Source of the DNA: a candidate division WOR-3 bacterium
GTDB taxonomy: Bacteria > Hydrothermota > Tepidihabitantia > B3-TA06
Reading direction: 5' to 3'
DNA length: 53,186 nt
Assembly: GCA_965649265.1 (NCBI GenBank)
Contig: CBFGKC010000016.1
Coordinates: 1-53,186, forward strand
The notes beneath the pieces were generated by a model, which was not told the origin of the DNA, did not search any database, and worked only from the letters and a program-made list of their open reading frames with translations. Positions 36,894 to 46,973 of this stretch are shown one piece after another (the stretch's first letter is position 1; every line of letters begins with the position of its first letter). A program made the translations under genes and the position numbers.

Positions 36894-38344
36894 CCTTTTA
36901 TCACTGCCACCGGCCGCATCCGTGCGACCTTTTTTGAGATGCCCGCCGAGTGCGCGACCTCGACGACCTCGTCAACGTCCTTGTATGCCTCGGGCGTCTC
37001 CTCGGCAAGCGTTTTCGTCGAGGTGGAGAGGACGAGGATACCCTCTTTTTCCAGGCGAGCCTTGACCTCGTGACCGGATATCTCCTTCATGGCGTGCGAG
37101 CGCGACCACACCCTGCCCGCACCGTGACAGGTGGACCCGAAGGTCTCCTCCATCGCCTTTTGAGTGCCCACAAGCACCCAGGACGCGGTGCCCATGTCGC
37201 CCGGGATGATAACGGGCTGGCCGACAGAGCGATAATCATCGGGTACGTCCGGGTGACCTTGCGGAAACGCGCGGGTGGCCCCCTTGCGGTGAACGCAGAG
37301 CTTTAGCTTCCTGCCTGCGACCTCGTGCTCCTCAAACTTCGCTATGTTGTGAGCAACGTCATAAACAAGCGAGAGGCCGAGCTTCTCAGCTCCCATACCG
37401 AAGGTCTGTTCGAACGCCTCGCGAACCCAGTGCATCATGGCCTGACGATTCGCCCAGGCATAGTTCGCCGCCGCCGCCATCGCGCCGAAGTAGGCCTTAC
37501 CCTCGGGAGAGGATACAGGCGCGCAGGCAAGCTGGCGGTCAGGTATGGATATGCCGTACTTTTCGACGGCGCGGCCGAGATTTTTGACCGCGTCGTCACA
37601 AACCTGGTATCCGAGACCACGCGAACCGGAGTGAATCATGACCACAACCTGCCCTTTATGAAGCCCCATCGCGTCCGCCGCTTTGGGATCGAATATCTGT
37701 TCTACCTTCTGGATTTCGAGAAAGTGGTTGCCCGCTCCCAGCGTGCCTATTTGAGGAAGACCTCGCTCGAACGCACGGGCGGAGACAACCGATGGGTCTG
37801 CACCCTCGAGCGCCCCCTCCTCCTCGGTGTGAGCCAGGTCCTCATTCCAGCCGTAGCCCTTCCTTACCGCCCAGCGAGCGCCATCCACAAGAACCTTTTC
37901 GAGCTCCTTGCGGTTGATTCGAATCCTTCCCTCCTTGCCGACGCCTGCCGGAACCGTATCGAATATCGTGCGAAGGAGGTCCCCGAGCCTGGATTTGACT
38001 TCTTCGACATTGAGGCTGGTTCGCATCAGTCTGACCCCGCAGTTGATATCGTAACCCACGCCGCCAGGGGATATTATACCTTCGTTGACATCGAATGCGG
38101 CCACACCGCCTATTGGAAAGCCATAGCCCCAGTGGATATCGGGCATGGCCAAGGATGGCCCGACGATGCCCTGAAGGTGCGCGACGTTCTCCACCTGCTG
38201 GGGTGCGTTGTCCTTGAGAAGGTCAGGCAGCAGCCTTTCAGACGTGTAGATGATTCCGTCCGTTCTCATCCCGCCTTTCCTTGGGATGAGCCAGCGGTTG
38301 CCGTCGAGCTTCTCGAGTTTCCCCACGTATCCTTTGTCACTCAT
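36890..38344 (-). CDS. rtcB: RNA ligase RtcB
   Basis: MPDIHWGYGFPIGG, GYDINCG, GNHFLE, HSGSRG, HNIAK, HRKGAT, HGAGR; real start probably ATG 38344 (leaderless, TTGACA-17-TATAAT), not 38467. Confidence 0.97.
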   Translation of the reverse strand: MSDKGYVGKLEKLDGNRWLIPRKGGMRTDGIIYTSERLLPDLLKDNAPQQVENVAHLQGIVGPSLAMPDIHWGYGFPIGGVAAFDVNEGIISPGGVGYDINCGVRLMRTSLNVEEVKSRLGDLLRTIFDTVPAGVGKEGRIRINRKELEKVLVDGARWAVRKGYGWNEDLAHTEEEGALEGADPSVVSARAFERGLPQIGTLGAGNHFLEIQKVEQIFDPKAADAMGLHKGQVVVMIHSGSRGLGYQVCDDAVKNLGRAVEKYGISIPDRQLACAPVSSPEGKAYFGAMAAAANYAWANRQAMMHWVREAFEQTFGMGAEKLGLSLVYDVAHNIAKFEEHEVAGRKLKLCVHRKGATRAFPQGHPDVPDDYRSVGQPVIIPGDMGTASWVLVGTQKAMEETFGSTCHGAGRVWSRSHAMKEISGHEVKARLEKEGILVLSTSTKTLAEETPEAYKDVDEVVEVAHSAGISKKVARMRPVAVIKG

Positions 38345-38618
38345 GCCTTGATTATAGAAACAGGTCGTTTGAGTGTCAACTATCCGGCGAGTAATTTCAA
38401 GCATTTTTGGAATCAAATGGGGAATACTGAACCATATACTCAGGGATCGGAGAAAACCACCCCGCACGGGCTCCCGCGGACGACTCGACTTGCAAGTTAC
38501 TTTTTATATGCATGTTAAACTTAGCCGTTAATAGACTTCATAAGTTTCCGGAATCCTTTCAGGGGTTGACAGTGGTTCTTTTTCGAGTACTCTTCAGGAA
38601 GAATACCAAGGAGGAAAT

Positions 38619-39836
38619 GTGTCTTTTGAAGCAAATCACTTGTTCTCGAATGCTGCAAAACGAATGCGCCGCTCGGAAATACGAGAGCTTCTGAAGCTGA
38701 CGCAAAAACCAGATATCATAAGTTTTGCCGGAGGATTACCGGCTCCGGATTTATTTCCAGTAGAAGATTTCAAAAAAATCGCGGTAGACGTTCTTGATAA
38801 ACAGGGCTCCAAGGTTCTCCAGTACGGGACAACCGAGGGCGACCCCGGACTTATAAATGAACTTATTGCATTTGAAGGCCGTGAGGGTACGAAGATAGCT
38901 CCCGAGCATCTCCTCGTCTCGACCGCCTCCCAGCAGGGACTCGACCTCGTCGGGAAGGCGCTGGTGAACGAAGGCGACCCCGTCATCATGGAGCTTCCGT
39001 CGTACCTCGGAGGTCTGCAGGCCTTCGGCTCGTACGGCGCCAACATGATAGGTGTGCCGCAAGATCTTGACGGTATAAGAGTAGATATTCTCGAAGAAAA
39101 GCTGAATGAACTTGCCAAGGCGGGCAAGCAGGCCAAATTCATCTACATCGTTCCCGATTTTCAGAACCCCTCGGGGGTCACGGCGACACTGGAGCGCCGC
39201 AAGAAGGTCCTGGAGCTTGCCAGGAAGTTCGAAACGTTCGTAGTGGAAGATACACCTTACAGGGAACTCAGGTTCGAGGGTGAATCGGTCGCCCCGATTA
39301 TTACGATGGACGCCGACGACAGGGTGATAACGCTTCACACTTTCTCCAAGATTCTTGCTCCCGGCTTCCGCATCGGCTGGATGATTACGAAAAACAAGCC
39401 ACTCATGGAAAAGTTCGTGATGGGCAAGCAGGCAACAGATCTCTGCACCGCGCCTTCGGGTCAGATAATGATAGCCGAGTACATGTCGAGGGGACTCCTC
39501 GAAAAGCAGATTGAACGAATCCGCGAGGTTTACTACCGCAAGCGTAACATAATGCTCGAGGTGTTCGACGCCGAGATGCCCAAGCTTGAAGGACTCAATT
39601 GGACCCGTCCCCAGGGCGGACTCTTCCTGTGGGTATGCCTGCCCGAAAACATGAGTGCGGTCGAACTCTTCCCGAAAGCGATTGAGAAGAAAGTGGCCTA
39701 CGTTGTGGGAACCGCATTCCACTGCGACGGCAAGGGCCAGAACTGCATGCGTATAAACTTCAGTTATGCGTCCGAGGAGCAGATAAAGGAAGGCGCAAAG
39801 CGCCTGGCCTCGCTCATTAAGGAAGAAGCCAAGTAA
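38619..39836 (+). CDS. PLP-dependent aminotransferase class I/II (2-aminoadipate transaminase-like)
   Basis: SEIRELLK, ISFAGGLP, FQNPSG, EDTPY, TFSKILAPGFRIGW. Confidence 0.93.
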   Translation: MSFEANHLFSNAAKRMRRSEIRELLKLTQKPDIISFAGGLPAPDLFPVEDFKKIAVDVLDKQGSKVLQYGTTEGDPGLINELIAFEGREGTKIAPEHLLVSTASQQGLDLVGKALVNEGDPVIMELPSYLGGLQAFGSYGANMIGVPQDLDGIRVDILEEKLNELAKAGKQAKFIYIVPDFQNPSGVTATLERRKKVLELARKFETFVVEDTPYRELRFEGESVAPIITMDADDRVITLHTFSKILAPGFRIGWMITKNKPLMEKFVMGKQATDLCTAPSGQIMIAEYMSRGLLEKQIERIREVYYRKRNIMLEVFDAEMPKLEGLNWTRPQGGLFLWVCLPENMSAVELFPKAIEKKVAYVVGTAFHCDGKGQNCMRINFSYASEEQIKEGAKRLASLIKEEAK

Positions 39837-39859
39837 ACGTAACCTTTAGCGATTTTTGA

Positions 39860-39890
39860 AGATGCCGTCCAGAGGACGGCATCCTTTTTT
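39860..39890 (+). terminator. Intrinsic terminator
   Basis: GATGCCGTCC-aga-GGACGGCATC + CTTTTTT. Confidence 0.8.
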
Positions 39891-40022
39891 GATTTTATAG
39901 ACACTGCAAACCTTTTGATATAATAAGACGTCAGAGTAATTGGGTTTTGTCCACTGAAAATGCGAAGAGGAAAAGACTGTTTTGTTCCTAAAGGGAAAGA
40001 ACAACAAACAAGGAGCAGCATT

Positions 40023-41483
40023 ATGTACGGTTCCGTATTAACTATTACGGCAAGTCTTTTCCTTGCCTCCTCCCCCCTTTTCAGCGATGTAAGCATCCAA
40101 CAACAGGAGAGTAAGATGACCGAGGCACGATACTGGCATTTTTTTGAAAACGTTCAGTCGGAGACCGATTCCGGAGAACTGAGACTATGGGTCGCCCTGC
40201 CTGTAAATCACCCTGGGCAAAAGGTCGTCATAGGTGATATTTTTCCCGAGCCGGAGAGGATAACGGTAGATTCGCTTACCGGTAACCAGATTATCTTCTG
40301 GAGATTCAAAGACTTAAAGGACAAAGACTCGTTCTATGCCTATTACGATTTCAAGTTCGTCCGCGAACCCGTAATTTCAGCTGTGATTCCGAAAAATATC
40401 GGCGAATACGACAAGGATTCGGAGGAATACAAGCGTTTCACCCAATCCGAGCCCTGGGTGGAGATCACGGACGAGATCAGTTCGAAGGCGAAAGAGATAA
40501 CCGACGGCGAGACCAACCCCTACTACATGGCTAAGCGGGTATTCGACTGGGTAATCGATAACATGGTTTACGAATATCCTGACCCGACGAAGAGAGGGTC
40601 AGCCAACTCCTTTGCGACGCTCAAGGGAGACTGCGGCGAGTTCAGCGTCGTTTTCTGCGCAATGTGCAGAGCAGTCGGGATACCGGCAAGAACGGTAACT
40701 TGCGTGTGGCTGACCGACGCCGGCCACCAGTGGGCGGAGATCCTTATGCCCGGTTACGGTTGGATTCCGGTCGATGTGTCCACCGCTCAGGGACTGGCCG
40801 GCAAATCAAAAGTATTCCCTGATATTAGCCGCATCCAATCTTTTGCGGATTCACGCGGCATGCCGACCTATGACGCGGACTGGCTCTACGGCAATCTCTA
40901 TCCTGAACGTTTGATCGTTTCCATAGGCAACAACATAAAGGTGGAGTATCCCGATCTCGGCACCTCTAAAACCTTCCTTTTCATGCAACCAGGAGGGTTA
41001 TTCGCCTCGCCGCCTGCGTTCGAGGCCGTTGGTGCTTCAACGAAACCGATACAGACCGGATTCTATGTATTCGGCGAAAACGCAAAGGATATCGACTTTG
41101 CTCAAAAAAGGGCGGCGCAGAAAATGGTCCCCGGCTACATACTTGCGGGGGAATATGCAAAGGCAGAAAAGGGATTGCTCTCCAAGCTAGAGGATAATCC
41201 CGAGGATGCCCAGACGCTCCATGACCTCGGCAGGTGTTATCAGCGCCAGGACAGGATAGACGAAGCCGTGGAAGCTTTCACGAGAAGTATTGCCGGAAAA
41301 GGAGGCAGCGGCAAACCGATCCTGGACACATGGACGCATAACTTTCTCGGTGAATGCTACCAGAAGAGGGGCGAAACCGACAAGGCGAAAAAGGAGTTCG
41401 AGGCCGTGATCGAATCGGGCATAGATTTCCAGAACTCCCAGCAGTACGCCCGCGAACGTCTGGCTAAACTGCAAGGCGAATAG
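40023..41483 (+). CDS. Exported transglutaminase-like protein with C-terminal TPRs
   Basis: GDCGEF, HQWAEI, PVD catalytic triad; TPRs; ATG 40023 after AAGGAG. Confidence 0.9.
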   Translation: MYGSVLTITASLFLASSPLFSDVSIQQQESKMTEARYWHFFENVQSETDSGELRLWVALPVNHPGQKVVIGDIFPEPERITVDSLTGNQIIFWRFKDLKDKDSFYAYYDFKFVREPVISAVIPKNIGEYDKDSEEYKRFTQSEPWVEITDEISSKAKEITDGETNPYYMAKRVFDWVIDNMVYEYPDPTKRGSANSFATLKGDCGEFSVVFCAMCRAVGIPARTVTCVWLTDAGHQWAEILMPGYGWIPVDVSTAQGLAGKSKVFPDISRIQSFADSRGMPTYDADWLYGNLYPERLIVSIGNNIKVEYPDLGTSKTFLFMQPGGLFASPPAFEAVGASTKPIQTGFYVFGENAKDIDFAQKRAAQKMVPGYILAGEYAKAEKGLLSKLEDNPEDAQTLHDLGRCYQRQDRIDEAVEAFTRSIAGKGGSGKPILDTWTHNFLGECYQKRGETDKAKKEFEAVIESGIDFQNSQQYARERLAKLQGE

Positions 41484-41502
41484 TCAAGTATTCTTCGTTT
41501 TG

Positions 41503-41529
41503 AGGCCGCCCGCAAGGGCGGCTTCTTTT
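41503..41529 (+). terminator. Intrinsic terminator
   Basis: GCCGCCC-gcaa-GGGCGGC + TTCTTTT. Confidence 0.75.
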
Positions 41530-41588
41530 GTAACCTTTTAGCGCCTGTTCCGTCATCACCATTGTAAATCCAAAGAAAAGAGGAAGGT

Positions 41589-42698
41589 ATGAAGAAGTTA
41601 ATCGTTTTTGTTCTGACATTGATCATCCTATCCGGCTGCACGACCGAACTTCCGGAAGCGGTCACGACGACGGACAACGGTCGCTTCTGGGCGTTCGTGG
41701 AGATTCCAGAGGTAGTCAGTGACTCGGCAGAGTTGAGGTTATGGGTGACGCTTCCGCCCCAGCACAGAGGACAGGAAGTTACCGTAAGTGAGATCTACCC
41801 GGAGCCGTATGAGATTGTTGAGGACAGCCTGAGCGGCAACAGGACTGTGTTCTGGAGGATTACCGATTTCAAGAACAAGGAAGAAGTTCGCTTTTATTAC
41901 GACTTCACGTTTACCAGGTCAGAGGTCGTAACCGACGTCGACCCTTCTGATATAGAGCCTTACGACACCACCTCCGAAGAGTTCACAAGGTACACAAAAT
42001 CGGAACCCTGGATAGAGCTTACGGATGATATCAAGACCAAGGCACTGGAGGTAGCTGGTGCCGAGACCAACCCATACAATCAGGCTGGACTGATCTTCGA
42101 CTGGGTTATCGCCAACATGGTCTACGAGTATCCTGACGTCAAGGACAGGGGTGCGGAAAACTCATTCAAGAACCTCAAAGGAGACTGCGGCGAGTTCAGC
42201 GTGGTCTTTTGCGCCATGTGCAGAAGCATGGGGATACCGGCAAGAACCGTGACCTGCACCTGGCTCGACCAGCCCGGGCACCAGTGGGCGGAGATTCTCC
42301 TGCCCGGTTACGGCTGGATGCCTGTCGACCCTTCGATAGCACAGATATTCGCGGGCAACTCCACAGTTGCTAAATCGGAATGGACAATGCATAGTTTCGC
42401 CAAAAAGATAGGCATGCCGATGATGGACTATGATTACCTGTTCGGAAATCTCTACACGGAGAGGCTGATTCTGAGTGTTGGAAACAACATCGAGGTCAAC
42501 CACCCCGACCTGGGCATTTCGCGAACTTTCAGTGTAATGCAGCCCGGCGGACTGGTTTCTTTTCCCATATCGGTCGAAGCGGAAGGCTTGCCCTCGCAAA
42601 CGACGTTTTCGCAAGTCTACGTCTTCGGTGGAAATGCCACGGATGAAAAAAATGCAAAGAGACAGGCTAAAAGCTATAAGGCCGTGATTGTCGAATGA
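41589..42698 (+). CDS. Transglutaminase-like lipoprotein (tandem paralog without TPR)
   Basis: Lipobox LSGC; GDCGEFSVVFCAMCR and HQWAEI, highly similar to the upstream gene. Confidence 0.9.
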   Translation: MKKLIVFVLTLIILSGCTTELPEAVTTTDNGRFWAFVEIPEVVSDSAELRLWVTLPPQHRGQEVTVSEIYPEPYEIVEDSLSGNRTVFWRITDFKNKEEVRFYYDFTFTRSEVVTDVDPSDIEPYDTTSEEFTRYTKSEPWIELTDDIKTKALEVAGAETNPYNQAGLIFDWVIANMVYEYPDVKDRGAENSFKNLKGDCGEFSVVFCAMCRSMGIPARTVTCTWLDQPGHQWAEILLPGYGWMPVDPSIAQIFAGNSTVAKSEWTMHSFAKKIGMPMMDYDYLFGNLYTERLILSVGNNIEVNHPDLGISRTFSVMQPGGLVSFPISVEAEGLPSQTTFSQVYVFGGNATDEKNAKRQAKSYKAVIVE

Positions 42699-42956
42699 CC
42701 GCCCTCCTCGCCCTCCTCCCCTGCGCCGGATTTGACCTTTTGACTTGAATGTTCCACAAGATTTGAGTATTTGCGGGATTTGTCGTTCAAGAGTCCTTTC
42801 CTCGGCGTTCGGACTGACATTCGCGGGATTGAAGAAGCTCAAGTGCTTCGTTCACGCCCCATGTTGTGCCTCATATATCTTCCCGAAGTAGTCATGCCCC
42901 TGGAGTTCTGAGCCATTTTGATGTTGACAGGAGCTGCCGCTCACGTTTAATCAGTT

Positions 42957-43406
42957 ATGAGAAAATTCTTTACACTTCGCTGGTGGGCTATTCTTTTTAT
43001 TTACGTCTTTCTTGATGCAGTCGCGACAGGCGCAGGAATGGGCGTGCCGTTCTTTTGCATCATTCTTGGATTTCCCACGGGCTGGTTCTTGACGAAGCGA
43101 TATCTTATGTTAAGTGGTGAGATAAAACAGGTTCTTAAGAAGACCCTGAGGGATTCGCTTATAGCATCAGGAATAACCCTCGCAGGGATGGCCGCCCTCT
43201 GGCTCTCTGCCGCCGGTAAGTACTTTCACACCGGCGCAGATACTCGCAGCTTCGGGATACCCATGATCCTTTACGAGCCTGCGGCCAGCTTCGCCGGATG
43301 GCTTGCGCTCATGATCATCGTCTCCCCCATCCTTCAGTTGCTGGCTGGCGTTTTTTCCTCATACTTGACCCTTTTGAGGTGGACGAAAAAATCTGTCTGC
43401 CCATAA
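42957..43406 (+). CDS. Hypothetical membrane protein
   Basis: About four hydrophobic segments; TTGACA promoter directly upstream. Confidence 0.7.
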   Translation: MRKFFTLRWWAILFIYVFLDAVATGAGMGVPFFCIILGFPTGWFLTKRYLMLSGEIKQVLKKTLRDSLIASGITLAGMAALWLSAAGKYFHTGADTRSFGIPMILYEPAASFAGWLALMIIVSPILQLLAGVFSSYLTLLRWTKKSVCP

Positions 43407-43444
43407 AACTAATTTGACAGGCAGGGAATTCGATATATATTTGG

Positions 43445-44833
43445 ATGCGAGACAGGCGTCTAAAAAGGAAATCTGTGATGATTAAACCTTCCAGAGTGAA
43501 AAACTTGAAGGATTGTCAGGCTGGTGCCGGACCCGTAGTCTACTGGATGTCCCGGGACCAGAGAGCTGAGGATAACTGGGCGCTGCTCTTTGCACAAGAT
43601 TTGGCGATTGAAAACAAGCGGTCTCTTGCAGTCTTCTTCTGCCTTATGCCGGTTTTTCTGGGTGCAACATGGAGACAATACGCCTTCATGTTGAAAGGGC
43701 TTGAGGAGGTGCAGCGCTCGCTGACGAGCAAGGGAATCCCTTTTTTTCTTCTTCAGGGCAAGGCCGAGGAGGAGATCCCGCGTTTCGTAAGCGATAAAAA
43801 TGCAGGTACACTCGTAACCGATTTCGATCCCCTCAGGATCAAGCGGGAGTGGAAAGAGAAGATCAATGAGAGAATCCAGGTTCCTTTTTTCGAGGTCGAC
43901 ACGCACAATATCGTTCCTTGCCGGCTCGCATCAGACAAGAAAGAGTATGGTGCCTATACGATCAGGCCAAAGATTCTCGAACTACTCCCGGAGTTTCTGG
44001 AGGAATTCCCGCAGCTAAGGAAGCACCCCCTCCCCTGGCCGCACGAAGTGCCTGCGATAGACTGGCAGGAAGCGAGACGAAATCTGAGGGTTGATTCTTC
44101 CGTCATGGAGGTCTCGTGGCTGAAACCCGGCACGAGCGCAGGATTAAGGATGCTCAAGGACTTCATCGAAATGAGACTTGCGATTTATGATGAACAAAGG
44201 AACGATCCGAACAAAGAAGCCCAATCGGCCCTTTCACCTTATCTTCATTTCGGACAGGTTTCCGCACAACGGGTCGCTCTCGAGATCGCCGACAGCCGAA
44301 CGAGTGAGAAGGCAAAAGAGGCTTTCCTCGAGGAATTGATAGTCCGCAGAGAACTTGCGGACAACTTCTGTTACTACGAGCCGGAGTATGATTCGTTCGG
44401 TGCTTTTCCGGAGTGGGCAAGAAAGACACTTCTCGATCATCGGATGGACCCAAGACCCTATCTTTATTCCGTCGAGGAATTCGAGCAGGCAAGAACGCAC
44501 GACGAACTGTGGAATGCGGCGCAGACTCAGATGGTGACGGAAGGGAAGATGCACGGCTACATGCGCATGTACTGGGCTAAGAAGATTCTGGAGTGGTCGG
44601 AGTCGGCGCAGGACGCCTTAAGGACGGCTATCTATCTCAACGATAAGTACGAACTCGACGGCAGAGACCCCTCAGGTTACGCAGGAATCGCCTGGTCGAT
44701 AGGAGGAGTGCACGACAGGGCCTGGGGAGAGAGGCAGATATTCGGTAAAATAAGGTACATGAGTTATGAGGGTTGCAGGCGAAAGTTCGATACGGAAGCC
44801 TACATTAACGCGTGGCTCGGTCACTCAGGTTAG
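43445..44833 (+). CDS. phr: Class II CPD DNA photolyase
   Basis: YWMSRDQR.EDNWAL, LSPYLHFGQ, RRELADNF, MHGYMRMYWAKKILEW, DGRDP.GY, GKIRYM; the start may be 43478. Confidence 0.96.
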   Translation: MRDRRLKRKSVMIKPSRVKNLKDCQAGAGPVVYWMSRDQRAEDNWALLFAQDLAIENKRSLAVFFCLMPVFLGATWRQYAFMLKGLEEVQRSLTSKGIPFFLLQGKAEEEIPRFVSDKNAGTLVTDFDPLRIKREWKEKINERIQVPFFEVDTHNIVPCRLASDKKEYGAYTIRPKILELLPEFLEEFPQLRKHPLPWPHEVPAIDWQEARRNLRVDSSVMEVSWLKPGTSAGLRMLKDFIEMRLAIYDEQRNDPNKEAQSALSPYLHFGQVSAQRVALEIADSRTSEKAKEAFLEELIVRRELADNFCYYEPEYDSFGAFPEWARKTLLDHRMDPRPYLYSVEEFEQARTHDELWNAAQTQMVTEGKMHGYMRMYWAKKILEWSESAQDALRTAIYLNDKYELDGRDPSGYAGIAWSIGGVHDRAWGERQIFGKIRYMSYEGCRRKFDTEAYINAWLGHSG

Positions 44834-45048
44834 CGACTATTGATGGTAGACATTGCATTTTCTTCGGATCATCCGCCTCCCCTGATCTTAATCGAATCAG
44901 AAGCAGTGGATTTTGGATTCCTTCATTGAAAACCGACGGTATTAAGTAAACCTAACCAATAATTAATTAAATAAAATACATAAAAAACACTCGAATCTAT
45001 TTTGCTTGACATCCCGGTGATCGTGAGTATAACTTATGTGGGAGATTC

Positions 45049-45669
45049 ATGACAAACGTTTTGATCTGGACAGGTATCGGCTTCGTAGCCGGGTCGCTCA
45101 TGTTCTCTTACTGGCTGGGAAAAATATTCCTGCGAAAAGACGTAAGGGAATACGGAGACGCCAATCCCGGAGCTGCAAACGCGTGGAAGGCAGGCGGATG
45201 GAAGGTAGGCGTTCCCGGCGCGCTTCTGGATTTTCTCAAAGGAGCGGTACCCTGCGCGATCGCTCACTGGGTGGTCGGAATCGAGGGCTGGTATCTTGTT
45301 CCGTGCGCGCTGGCTCCTATTTTGGGTCATGCCTTCTCCCCCTTTCTGAAATTCAAGGGCGGGAAAGCGATAGCCGTATCCCTCGGCGTGTGGACGGGAA
45401 TCACCATATGGGAAGGCCTGCTCATATTCGGTCTGCTCATAGGTCTTTTTTACGTTCTCCTGGACAGGCCTTCATGGTCCCTGATGCTGGCGATGCTTGT
45501 CTTTCTCGGTTACATTCTCCTAAAAGGAATTCTTGGAGCAGGCATTGACGTACCTCTCCTTGCCATATGGGCGGGAAACATGCTCATCTTCCTCTACAAG
45601 CACCATGATGTGTTGAAAGAGTCGATAAAACCGAGACCCTACATCACCCGCCTCTTCAGGAGAACATAA
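45049..45669 (+). CDS. plsY: PlsY-family glycerol-3-phosphate acyltransferase
   Basis: GS..FS, DVREYGDANPGAANA, DFLKG, GHAFSPFL.FKGGKAIA. Confidence 0.85.
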   Translation: MTNVLIWTGIGFVAGSLMFSYWLGKIFLRKDVREYGDANPGAANAWKAGGWKVGVPGALLDFLKGAVPCAIAHWVVGIEGWYLVPCALAPILGHAFSPFLKFKGGKAIAVSLGVWTGITIWEGLLIFGLLIGLFYVLLDRPSWSLMLAMLVFLGYILLKGILGAGIDVPLLAIWAGNMLIFLYKHHDVLKESIKPRPYITRLFRRT

Positions 45670-45680
45670 CTCCCTAGACC

Positions 45681-46871
45681 ATGATTCTTTTAGGCTTGCT
45701 CTCGACATTGTTTCTTCTCGTATTGATTATCATTGCCGTGACCAACATCAAGAATTTCAGGAAGATGGAAACTTATCCCAAGTCAACTCGTTCACCCTTC
45801 GTTTCCATTCTGGTCCCGGCCCGCAACGAGGAGGCGAACATCGAGGCGTGTGTTAACTCGCTTGCCGCACAGAACTATCCAAACTTTGAGATAATAATCC
45901 TCGATGACGAATCCACGGACAAAACGTGGGACATTTTAAAGAAAATCTCGTCGAGGTTCCGGAAAGTCAGGATAATCAAGGGAAAGCCGCTTCCTGAAGG
46001 ATGGATTGGAAAACCGTGGGCATGCCACCAGCTTGTTCTTGCATCAAGTGGTGAACTCCTTTTGTTCACGGACGCCGACACCAGGCACGACCCGACGAGT
46101 GTTGAAAAAGCGGTATCCGCTTTCTATGCCGAGGGCGCAGACTTTCTTACGGCACTACCAGATGAGGAAACCCGGACACTTGCCGAGAAGTTGACCATAC
46201 CCATCATGCCTTTCGGAATCAGCACATTCTTTCCCATGAAGATTGCACAGCAAAGCAGCCTGCCTGCGTTTTCGATTTCGGTAGGCCAGTTCATGCTTTT
46301 CAGACGCCAGGCTTACGAGAAGATAGGGGGGTACGAAGCCGTGCGTGAATGCGTGCTGGATGACGTGGAGATGGGACGAAGGATAAAAGCCGCGGGGCTT
46401 GAATGGAGGATAGTCGACGCAACAAGCCTGGTTTCCTGCCGGATGTACACGAATCTCGAAGAGGTATTCGACGGCTTCAGCAAGAATCTCTTCGCCACCT
46501 TCTCCAGGAAAATACTCATATACATCCCGGTCTGGCTGTGGCTCTCGATAGTTTTTATTCTACCCGTTATCGTGATCGGACTCGCTCTGGCAGGGTGGGT
46601 CTTCTCGAAAGAAATCCTCTTCCTTTCTTTCTTGACCGTCGTTCTGTCGCTCGTTGTCTGGAGTATCACTCACCTGCGCTTCCGCTACCCCATCTACCTG
46701 ACGTTTCTCTATCCTCTCAGCGTCTTCCTGTGGGTTCTTATGGCCATACGCTCAATGCTTGCGACTATAGCAAGGCAGAATAAATGGAAGGGACGCGTGA
46801 TTGAGACATCAAGGGAATTTACAGAGGCAAACGTACAAGCCGAGGAAGAGTTTCGGGAAAAACCATCCTGA
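45681..46871 (+). CDS. Family 2 glycosyltransferase (CrtQ/CruC/HpnB-like)
   Basis: VPARNEE, DDESTD, PEGWIGKPWAC, FTDAD, GQFMLF, DD, CRMY, GFSKN, WKGR. Confidence 0.9.
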   Translation: MILLGLLSTLFLLVLIIIAVTNIKNFRKMETYPKSTRSPFVSILVPARNEEANIEACVNSLAAQNYPNFEIIILDDESTDKTWDILKKISSRFRKVRIIKGKPLPEGWIGKPWACHQLVLASSGELLLFTDADTRHDPTSVEKAVSAFYAEGADFLTALPDEETRTLAEKLTIPIMPFGISTFFPMKIAQQSSLPAFSISVGQFMLFRRQAYEKIGGYEAVRECVLDDVEMGRRIKAAGLEWRIVDATSLVSCRMYTNLEEVFDGFSKNLFATFSRKILIYIPVWLWLSIVFILPVIVIGLALAGWVFSKEILFLSFLTVVLSLVVWSITHLRFRYPIYLTFLYPLSVFLWVLMAIRSMLATIARQNKWKGRVIETSREFTEANVQAEEEFREKPS

Positions 46872-46973
46872 CAATGTTATCCGACTGAATACGCGTTTAT
46901 GCTGATTATGTGAGATCGCGCGTTCACCCTTTTTTCTTGTTGACCGCATAAAAAAAGTATGTATATTTTTTTT

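Noticed and set aside
37325-38518. 397-aa plus-strand ORF
   Set aside because: Antisense shadow of rtcB; no recognisable motifs.
38751-39722. 323-aa minus-strand ORF
   Set aside because: Antisense to the aminotransferase. The same applies to 7671-8297, 22901-23563, 27544-28155, 995-1552 and most other nested ORFs.
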